NCBI RefSeq assembly: GCF_016432865.1
Contig: NC_067403.1
Coordinates: forward strand, 252,774,001-252,838,000
Length of the DNA: 64,000 nucleotides
Reading direction: 5' to 3'
Origin: Antechinus flavipes
Lineage: Eukaryota
The notes under the pieces are model-generated. The model saw only the letters and a list, made by a program, of their open reading frames with translations, did not search any database and was not told the origin of the DNA. How positions within the stretch are numbered: the first letter of the stretch is position 1; each line of letters begins with the position of its first letter. Position numbers and translations under genes: made by a program. Shown one piece after another: positions 46,560-55,718 of this stretch.

Positions 46560-47450
46560 CACAGCACGTGACAGCTAGAGGCCGTCCCAGGGGCTTCTGG
46601 GAAATGGAGTCCCAGCCCCTCAATCACTTACCCGAGACCGCCTCCAAAGAGCCGCCAAGATGCCCCGCCTCTCCCTTTTTATAGTTTACCAGAACTTCCG
46701 GCTTCGCGCGGATTAGTTAGGGTGATGGAGTCTTCTGTTTCCCCCTCATCCAGACGGCCACTTCCCTGAGAGAACTTCCGGTCGCGCGCGAGGCAGCCTG
46801 GAGAATGGAGTCCAACCTCTTAATATCCCTACAGATAACTTCCGGTCCCGCGCGAGACAGTCTGGGAAATGGAGTCCTGGAGTTCCTCCTGCCTACCTCT
46901 TATCAGCCTGACTGCCTGTTATTATTCCTTCCTATAACAACGTTCTTCGAATGAGGCAGCCTGGGAAATGGTGTCCTACGCTCCCGCTTGAGCTCCCTTC
47001 CCACTCTTAGTATCTTTCCACTGCACCCTGCACGGGACAAGAACTAGGTGGCGGGCGGAAATGCAGCGGCCGGGAGGGGCAAAATTTTAGCAAAATGAGA
47101 GGGAAAGAAAATGGGACTGATTGATGAGCGCTTTTGTTTGAGGGGTAACGAACATGGCCGCCGGTTGGCCCATCGAGAGGCCCTGGGGGGGGGGGGGGAT
47201 TGATGGCTAGAGCGGCTCCGGAGCCTGCGTCCACACGCACTTCCGGGATTTAACGCGCCCTCCGGAAAGCGGGAGGCGGGTACTTTGGAGTTTCTATGAC
47301 AACCTAGGATGGCGGCACCGGGTGAGGGCCAGAATTGCGGCTCGGCAGCGCGGGGAGTGGGCAGCGGGGAGCGGCGAGGGGAGGACTGACTCTGGGGCAG
47401 CCGAGGTTTGTTGGGACAGGTCAGCCGCCTCGGATAGCTGTTGACGTCCA
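46560..47450. promoter_or_regulatory. Bidirectional CYB561A3/TMEM138 promoter
   Basis: CpG-rich. ETS sites ACTTCCGG at 46694, 46774, 46838, 47239; CTGGGAAATGGAGTCC-type ZNF143/THAP11-like sites at 46597, 46798, 46862, 46961. Confidence 0.8.
47290..47303. promoter_or_regulatory. RFX X-box at TMEM138 exon 1
   Basis: GTTTCTATGACAAC (reverse GTTGTCATAGAAAC) fits the 14-bp RFX consensus at a ciliary gene. Confidence 0.8.
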
Positions 47451-47785
47451 CGGCCCGGCAGGGTGACCTTGGGCCGGACGCTGTCCCCTCGAGCCTCAGT
47501 TTCCCTTTCTGCACTATGGTTGCACATCCCTTTCCGTAGCGCTCTTCATGTGAGTCTGTCAAACGGAGGCTCGCGTCACAAGTCCCAGACGGGCCGGCGT
47601 GCTCATCCCCAGACCTTCCGTGGGTTGTGTCAGCTGGGCTGAGTGTCGGGGCGCCCGCCGTCCCCAGACTGGCTGACGGACTCCCCCTCCCCCTCTCGCC
47701 CCGCAGGCGCTTGGTCGCAGACTGGCAGAAGCACTCGCGGGGGTCCCGAGGCTTGACGCGTCCCCGTGGGGGATGCCCCCCCAAG

Positions 47786-50700
47786 ATGCTGCAGACCAGC
47801 AACTACAGCCTGGTGCTGTCCCTGCAGCTGGTGCTGCTGCTCTACGACCTGCTGGTGAACGCCTTCTCGGAGCTGCTGCGCGCCACCCCCGTGATGCAGC
47901 TGGTGCTCTTCATGTGAGTCCCGCCCTGCGCCCGGCCGACTTAGTGGGAGGGGGTGGAGCGTGCCTTCGTAACCCCCCCTCCCCCTCCTCCCGCTGTGGT
48001 ACCGCTGGTGCTGCTGGGAGTCCCGTCCTGGGCCGCGGAGGGGGCCCTTACTGAGGCTGGTGCCGCCGGGAGTCCCGTCCTGGGCCGCGGGAGGGGGCCC
48101 TTACTGTCCCGTCCTGGGCTGCGGAGGGGGCCCTTACTGAGGCTGGTGCCGCCGGGAGTCCCGTCCTGGGCCGCAGAGGGGGCCCCTTACTGAAGCTGGT
48201 GCCGCCGGGAGTCCCGTCCTGGGCCGCGGGAGGGGGCCCTTACTGAGGCTGGTGCCACTGTCAGTCCCGTGCTGAGCCGCAGAGGGGCCCTTTACTGAGG
48301 CTGGTGCCGCCGGGAGTCCTGTCCTGGGCCCCGGAGGGAGCCCCCTTACTGAGGCTGGTGCCGCCGGGAGTCCCGTCCTGGGCCCCGGAGGGAGCCCCCT
48401 TACTGAGGCTGGTGCCGCCGGGAGTCCCGTCCTGGGCCGCGGAGGGAGCCCCTTACTGTCCCGTCCTGGGCCACAGAGGGGACCCCTTACTGAGGCTGGT
48501 GCCGCCGGGAGTCCCGTCCTGGGCCGCGGAGGGAGCCCCTTACTGAGGCTGGTGCCGCCGGGAGTCCCGTCCTGGGCCGCGGGAGGGGGCCCTTACTGAG
48601 GCTGGTGCCACCGGGAGTCCCGTCCTGGGCCGCGGGAGGGGGCCCTTACTGAGGCTGGTGCCACTGTCAGTCCCGTCCTGGGCCGCGGAGGGGGCCCTTA
48701 CTGAGGCTGGTGCCACCGGGAGTCCCGTCCTGGGCCGCGGGAGGGGCCCCTTACTGAGGCTGGTGCCACTGTCAGTCCCGTCCTGGGCTGCGGAGGGGGC
48801 CCTTACTGAGGCTGGTGCCGCAGGGAGTCCCGTCCTGGGCCGCGGAGGGGGCCCTTACTGAGGCTGGTGCCACTGTCAGTCCCGTCCTGGGCCGCGGAGG
48901 GGGCCCCTTACTGAGGCTGGTGCCGCCCCCCGTCCTGGGCCGCGGAGGGGGCCCCTTACTGAGGCTGGTGCCGCCGGGAGTCCTGTCCTGGGCCGCGGAG
49001 GGGGCCCTTACTGAGGCTGGTGCCGCCGGGAGTCCCGTCCTGGGCCGTGGGAGCAGCCCTGACTCCGGGAGGGCCCTGCTAGGCTGGAGTTGGCGGGCAG
49101 CCTCCCATCGGCCGCTCTCCTGACAGATCCTTGCTCATCTTTTGCTTGTGCCTCTGCAGCATCCAAGACATCTGTATCCTCTTCAACATCATCATCATCT
49201 TCCTCATGTTCTTCAACACCTTCGTGTTCCAGGCTGGGTTGATTAGCCTCCTCTTCCGAAAGTTCAAAGGGACCATCATCCTAACGGCCATCTACCTGGC
49301 GCTCAGCATTCCCCTCCACGTCTGGGTCCTGGTAAGCAGGGGGGCGGGTGGGAGACGGGCTCGGGCAGCCAGGCCGGGGCCCTGCCCGCGTTCTCCCCTG
49401 CAGGAGGGAGGCAGGAGCCCGCCCAGGGGCTGCCTCCGCCCCATCATCTCGGTGTGGTGCTCCCTCGGCCCGGCCCCCTCCGCTGCCTCTGCTGTCATCA
49501 TTTTCCCCCTAGTTCTGCTTTCTTCACTTTGCATCAGTTTACGTTTTCTTGCCTGTTCTGAAGCCATTATTTCACAGACCACGGTAATGATTTTCATTTA
49601 CCTGCATGAGCCGTAGTTTGGAGCCGTTCCTCCACGGAGAGATGTTTCCCGTTTCCAGTTCTTGGCTATTACAGGGAGCACTTGTAAATATTTATATGAG
49701 ATCTTTCTATTGGTCCTTGGTCTCCCTGGAGATGGGAGTTTCTTCCAGCAGCAAAATTTCTGGCTTAAAAGGTAGAATAGTCACTCCTTAGTATAATTCC
49801 TCGTTTCCGATGGCTGGACCGATGCCCAATTTCACCCCAGAGTGTTGCTGAGTGGGTCTCTCTGTTGCCCTTAATGGCTTTTTTGGTCACCTCGGCTGAT
49901 TTACCAGGCGTGAGGTGAAATGGTGGATGCTCTTCGTGTCTTCCTATTTGTGACTTGGAGCAGGCTTTCCTGCAGGGTCAGGAGGACACCCCGTGCCTCA
50001 GGCCTCACGCAGCGCCGGGTGCTGGGTGCCGGGCAGGGGGCCCGCACAAGCCAAAGCGAGTCCCTCCCTGCTTGCGCCCCCTCCTGTATGGTTAGAAAAT
50101 CTAGCCTAGAAAACGCCATTCGTTTTCCGGATCATCCTTCACAGGCGTCGTCCGCAGGCAAGTCGCCAGACCAAGTTTCCCCGCCGCCAGCCCTTTGGCT
50201 GACACTCTCCAACCAGCGGATGCCCGCGGTTTCCTGCAGGTCCAAAGGTGTAGCCTCCTTTTCCCAGGGTGACCTGGAAGGAGAGGGGCCATTTTCTGAC
50301 TTTGTCCTCCCACGTTAAGGAAGTGGTGGCAGTAAAAATGGAAGCATCCTCGGTGACTTTTGAGGTCATTGTAACTAAGGTGTGACGTGGGTGAGACGCT
50401 GTGCTAGGGACGGAGAATGCGAGGTAAAAAACCGCGTGTCCCCCCCTCTTCCTGTGAGGAGGTTATGTTGTCCTGGGGAGACACAGCATGTCAACAGGAG
50501 GAAATCCCAAGTAGGTTCTCGAGGGAAATGACGCGAATGGCCAGCGATGTCAGGAAAGACCTCGGAGAGGAGGGAACAATTCCCACGGTGCATTGTGCAG
50601 GAAGGGAGAAGGTAGAGTCAGGAGGGAACAGATGTAAGGACATCTTGTGCAAACGCAGGAGAGGTGGAGGGCCACGAGTCAGAGAACAGCGAGGGGGATG

Positions 50701-53700
50701 AGAAATAAGGCAGGAAAATGAAGGTGGAACCCTGTGGTACGGTACCCACAGAATCCCAGAGCCAGGCTTTTGTATTTATCCTAAGGTAGTGGCTACCTTT
50801 GATCGGATCAGCATTTCAGGAATAGCGGTTTGGCAGCTATTTGGAGGATTGATTATGGGGCAGAAAAGAAGTAAGGAGACCCCCTGGGTCTCTTCCAAAA
50901 GGCCAAGTAAGAGATGTGGGGCCTCGCGTTAGGTTAGAAGCTGTGTCCGTGGAGAGCCGGGCACTGGGGAGCTCGAGGAGAAGGAGAAGGGGCAAAGCCC
51001 CCTCCACTTCAGGGAGTATCCTGCGCTTGGAAACTCAGGAAGCTGCATGAAGTTTGGAGGAGGATGCAGTGACTTGGCAGCCATTTGGAATAGAGGCAAT
51101 GGAATAATAGCTTTAATTCTGAACACGTCAGCACAGTACCTTGCATACAGTAAGCACTTAATAAATGCTTCTCCACTCCTTCCAGCTGGGTTTGAGATGT
51201 GTATAGGACATCCAGGGCAATTAATAACACGAGACGGGAATCCTGGATGAATTTAAAGATTCGCAGTCATTTGTTTGGAGATGATAATGGAGTGTGGAGG
51301 AGAAAAGCAAGCTGGGAACTCAGGCTTTATGAGGAGAGTGTGGATAATGATTTAATCAGAGAGTTAGAAAAAAGGGCCCAAGAAGAGAAAGAAGTATTAC
51401 AGAAACTAAAAGGAATTGCGAAAATTTCCACGAAAGCTCATGTTTCATACTCACGAAAGAGAAGCCGTAAGGGTAAAATTAGTTTAAAGAAAGCATAGTG
51501 AGAGATTAAGAGAAGTTCTCTGGGGCAGCTCAGCAAGACCTGAGTTCAAATCCGACCTCAGACACTTAGGAGCTTGTGACCCTGGCTAAGTCATTTGCCT
51601 TTCTCCCATTCCCCCTCAAAAGAAGAAAAAAAATTCCTTGAGCAATCAAGAGGGAAAATAAAAGGACAACAAGCAGGAGATATTTGCCGCTGTCATAGAA
51701 GAAACTGAACGCAGAATCCCCAGTGAAGAGGGATTTCTTAGAGAGAAGTCCTCCCGATAACACCGTACTGGTCACATGGAGCCCCAGAACATGGCAGGGC
51801 CTCCTAGAAGAAATCCATAATCATTCAGAAGATTTTGCTGCAATCATCCATACGGGGAAAAATAAGTGGACGAAAACTACCTGTTGTGGCAGACGGTCAT
51901 ATGGACAATCTATTACTGTGTACATAAACATGTGGATATATATATAGAGAGAGAGACAGACAGACAGACATGTATGTGTGTCCATGTGTATGTATGTATG
52001 TGATGGTGCAGAAAATAGCAAAGCTTTCTTAAGAACATCACTTATCTCCCAGAAACAAGGGCTCATCCCATTTTTAAAAAGAGTTTCATATTTAATGATA
52101 ATCTTTTGTTTTTACATCATCTCTATTTCCAGTGAAATCACCAGCCGTTGCTCTCTCCCTTTCAACAGAAATTTAGAAAGGGGAAAAGAACAGCCCGGCC
52201 ACTCACATAGCCTCGGCCCGCTGCATGGACAGTGCCCACAAGGCATGAGTCGTGAGGGGAGCTCACCCTGGGAGTCCTCATGGCACGTTCATTTGGGCGT
52301 GCCTCAGAGGGCAGAGGAGGCGGCAGGGAGGGGGCAGCCCGTGAGACGGTGGGACGAGAGGTGGAGACCGGGCCCCCTCCGAGGCCTGCTGGCTGGCTGC
52401 GTGCCCCAAGATGAGAACTTGCCAGCAGGAGCCCGCCCTCCACTGGGAGCAGAGACTTCCCCCGTCTCAGAGAAGCGAGGGGACCTGGATCCTGAGAGGA
52501 CTGGAACTCGGTGCCCTTTACTCCAGGTCCAGCTCTCCTTGCTCTGTTCAAAGCTGCTGCTGCAGCGGGCAAACCCTGGGTGTGCCGAAGCCCCTGCCCA
52601 TGGGGTCGGCCTCCTGAGAACAGATGTGGGGGGAACGTGACATCTGGGAGGTGCCCGCTGACTGGCACACTGACCTTTCTGGGAGTCTCGACCCTGACAG
52701 CCAATGTAAAGTCCGCCCCCTTCCCCAGGATTCCCTTCCTCTGAATTATTGAGGAGGAGGAAAAGACCTGGGGCAGGGCTGGGATTCCCGGTCCCTCCCC
52801 GCCTTGGGCCCTCTGGGATCGATTCCATCACCGTGGATCCTCCCAGCCCCCTTTCTCAGCAGCAGAGGAGCAGGGCTCACAAGCGGGAGGCCGGCTAGGG
52901 CCGATGAGATGGCACTAAGCTGGCAGAGCTGCCACCGGCCGGGGACATAAGAGGATTTTCTGGGATCTTCAGGCTGAAGCCAAAATAGGTTCTGCTTTTC
53001 CTTGCCAAAGCTGCTGAGCCGAGCGGTTTCATTCTGAGTACACTCGAGCCCTTGGCCTCTAGGAGCAGAGGTTAGGGGGGAGCCGGCCGGCCCCGCGGTC
53101 CAGGAAAGGGGGCTCGGCTCCGGGCCTCTCCTCCCAGTGAGTGAGAAGCGCTGAAGTGTTTGACAAAGCATTGCATGGGGAAGGACTGAGTTTTCCTGGG
53201 AAAGTGTCCCCGGGAGCAATCTGTGGGCTCGGGGAGGTGGGGGCTCTGAACGGCCGGGCCCTGCAGTGGGAGGCCTCAGCTTGGTGAGCCCCGGGCGCAG
53301 GGGGCCATCAGCGTGGCCAGCACGGAGCAGTCCAAGAGAGGATGGGGGCTTGTGGATAGGGCAGAGAAGAGCTGGGCCCGATTGGCCCATTCAGGCCGGG
53401 GCTGCAGATGGAGCCAGGCCCGGGGGCAGGACGCCTCTGATGGCCGCCTTTCCCTCCTTTAGAACCTGCGCTGGAAAAGCTCCAAGCCGTTTATCTGGAC
53501 GGATGGCCTTCAGACCCTGTTTGTGTTCCAAAGGCTGGGTAAGGACCACATTCACCTCGGGCCTCTCCCTTTCCCCAAGGAGTATCCCACCCAGCAGGAG
53601 TGTTCTGGCCAGTGGCTCGGCCCCCTCCCTCCCCCCGCGCAGTGCCGTTCCTCAGCCTCGGGGTGCCGGGGGGCCAGTGTCATCTCCCCAAAGGGGCGGC

Positions 53701-53857
53701 TGGAGGGGGAGGACCCCTCAAGCCCCTTTCTCCTCCTCCCCCAGCTGCCGTTCTGTATTGCTACTTCTACAAGAGGACAGCCATTCACCTGGGGGATCCT
53801 CGGTTCTACCAGGATTCTCTGTGGCTGCGCAAGGAGTTCACCCAAGTCCGAAACTGA
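47786..53857 (+). CDS. TMEM138: Transmembrane protein 138 (ciliary, Joubert syndrome gene ortholog), 162 aa
   Basis: Exons 47786-47913, 49160-49331, 53463-53538, 53745-53857 sum to 489 nt, from [14 protein letters not shown] to [16 protein letters not shown]. Non-coding exon 1 ends at 47321 and exon 2 starts at 47707. Confidence 0.97.
47995..49050. repeat. About 52-54-bp GC-rich minisatellite, about 20 units, TMEM138 intron 2
   Basis: Unit gaggctggtgccgccgggagtcccgtcctgggccgcggagggggcccttact, with a gccactgtcagtcc variant and some truncated units. Confidence 0.95.
49600..49960 (-). mobile_element. Old L1 ORF2 fragment, antisense to TMEM138
   Basis: Resembles reverse-strand L1 text (ggctggaccgatgcccaatttcaccccagagtg, ttggtcacctcggctgatttaccaggcgtgaggtg). 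Confidence 0.5.
51520..51600 (+). mobile_element. Marsupial SINE fragment (MAR1/WSINE-like)
   Basis: ggggcagct...agacctgagttcaaatccgacctcagacacttag...tgtgaccctggctaagtcattt. Confidence 0.7.
51936..52002. repeat. Compound microsatellite (TA)(GA)(GACA)(TATG)
   Basis: Read directly from the sequence. Confidence 0.85.
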
Positions 53858-54150
53858 CCCGGCAGCCGGGAGCCGCACCTGCCCCACCGCGAGGATCCTG
53901 GGGGGGCTCTGAGTTCAGAGGCGAGCTCACTCTCCCCAGCCCCCCCAGTCCCTCTTCCCCACAGCTTCCTTTCTGCAATGACAGCTTTTATTAAAGCAAT
54001 TTTATGGAGCGCTGGGGCAACATCTGCCCTCCCCGGTGGGGCCCGGGGTTCAAGAGTAACGCTGGCACTCCGGCGCCAGCTCCCCCAGACACTTGGCACT
54101 TGGCGCTTTTCTGCCCCAGAATCCTTTTGTACGGTTTTTTAAAAGTAGGA

Positions 54151-54156
54151 AATAAA
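54151..54156 (+). terminator. TMEM138 polyadenylation signal AATAAA (upstream ATTAAA at 53990-53995)
   Basis: Canonical hexamer about 300 nt past the stop, followed by T-rich sequence. Confidence 0.7.
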
Positions 54157-55695
54157 TGTATCCTTTTGCTGTAAATTTCCAAGGTTCTTTTATCTGTTTG
54201 TGCTGGTGCCGGGGCCTCATTTCCTTCGGTTCTGGCCTCCGCGACTTCCCTGCAGGGCCGGCCTCAACTCTTTGACTACCTAAGTGAAAACGGGGATTTG
54301 GGGCTCAGGGACCTTTGCCCCGCCATCTTGGGCGCTAGCGAAGAGCCACACTGTGGTCGGCCCCGGCCCCCGGGGAGCCCAGGCAGGGCCTGAAGCACAG
54401 GGTCGGCCCCCAGCGTCTGTTCCTTGTGTGGCTGTGGACGGCGTCTCAGAGCCTCGGTTTCTTCCATCTCTAAAATGGGGGCGATGCTTTTCAGAAAGTC
54501 CTTTGCAAAATTACCTTGCTTTGCTCATACAAAGTGGGCACGGGGGGCACCATCTTATGAGGATTCTTACAAGGTGCCAAGTCAGTGGAATTGATGAGAG
54601 AACGATTCTCTAATTTACATGTACTTAGTACTACTACAATTCCACACGCTTCACACCTTGAAGAGAGCAGGTATAAGGAGGAGCTGACAAGCCCACTAAA
54701 GGACAAGCCCCCTAGAAGCTCTCGGAGCCAGCCAGGATTCAGCCGAGGAGATTCACAAGCCAGAGAAGGCAGCTTAAGCTCCCGGATCCAGGGAGAGAGA
54801 GGCCTCAAAAAGCTAACAGGGCCCCAGGAAAAGACAAGACTCGGAAAGAGACAATAGAGGATTTTGGCTGCCCAAGAGTAACTGAAACTAAGGCTGCTCC
54901 CAGAAGCCCCCAAGATACCGCTCCCAGAGAACATATTTTAGAGAGGAACATTACACCGTCTGTCCAAGTCACTCTGGGGAATGGAGAGGCCCGACACTTA
55001 GCTCTTTTGGGGGGGCCTGTGTGTGCATCTGACATCACCTGCTGGGGAGGAGGGGCTGCAGAGGGGGAGGGGGCCTGCGGGGTTGGGGTGGGGGATGCCA
55101 TCCATCCTTACCTCCGAGATGCTGCTGCTAAGTGGGGGCTGGGGCTCCTGTTAGAGGTGAAAGGGACCATACACACGAGGACATTGAGGCACACAGGGCC
55201 AGAGGTCACGAGCTCCCCCATCGAAGCCCAAATGCCATCTCCTCCTCCTCTCGGAAGGAAGCCCATCTACTCACTGGGGGAGGGGAGGGCTCTGGACTGC
55301 CATTGAGGAAGGCGGCTTTGGGCTCGGTCCTGCAGCTCAGAGCAGACTCCAGGCCCTTGGGAGAAGAGATCAGGCAGCTGTGAACTGCTGGGTTCGAAAG
55401 AGGGAGGAGGAGCGGGGGCTCTTCACGGCCTGCCTCAGTGTCCCCACGTGTGCTGGGGAGCAGGGAGGGGCATGATCAGCTCAGGAGAGCTGAGGTCTGG
55501 GGAGGGGCTGCACAGGAGGAGTCCTGAGCCCCCTGAGGTCGCCCCAGCCTGTCTCCGCCTCCGCCCCGCCTTTCCCCAGGCGGAGGCCCCGCCCTCGCTC
55601 AGAGCAGCTGGCCTCCGCGCATGCTCCGAGACTGCGTCCATCGAGTTAAGAGGCTGCCAGCTAGAGCAGCCCTTCCGGCGGGCGCCGCGGCAGCA

Positions 55696-55709
55696 GTTTC
55701 CATGGGGAC
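55696..55709. promoter_or_regulatory. RFX X-box at TMEM216 exon 1
   Basis: GTTTCCATGGGGAC (reverse GTCCCCATGGAAAC) fits GTYNCCATGGNAAC, 9 nt upstream of the start codon. Confidence 0.8.
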
Positions 55710-55718
55710 TGACTGGCG

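Noticed and set aside
47995-49050. Regularly spaced repeats that could suggest a CRISPR array (also 27328, 31376, 40716, 56060)
   Set aside because: Units are head-to-tail with no unique spacers, there are no cas genes, and the context is eukaryotic introns or UTR.
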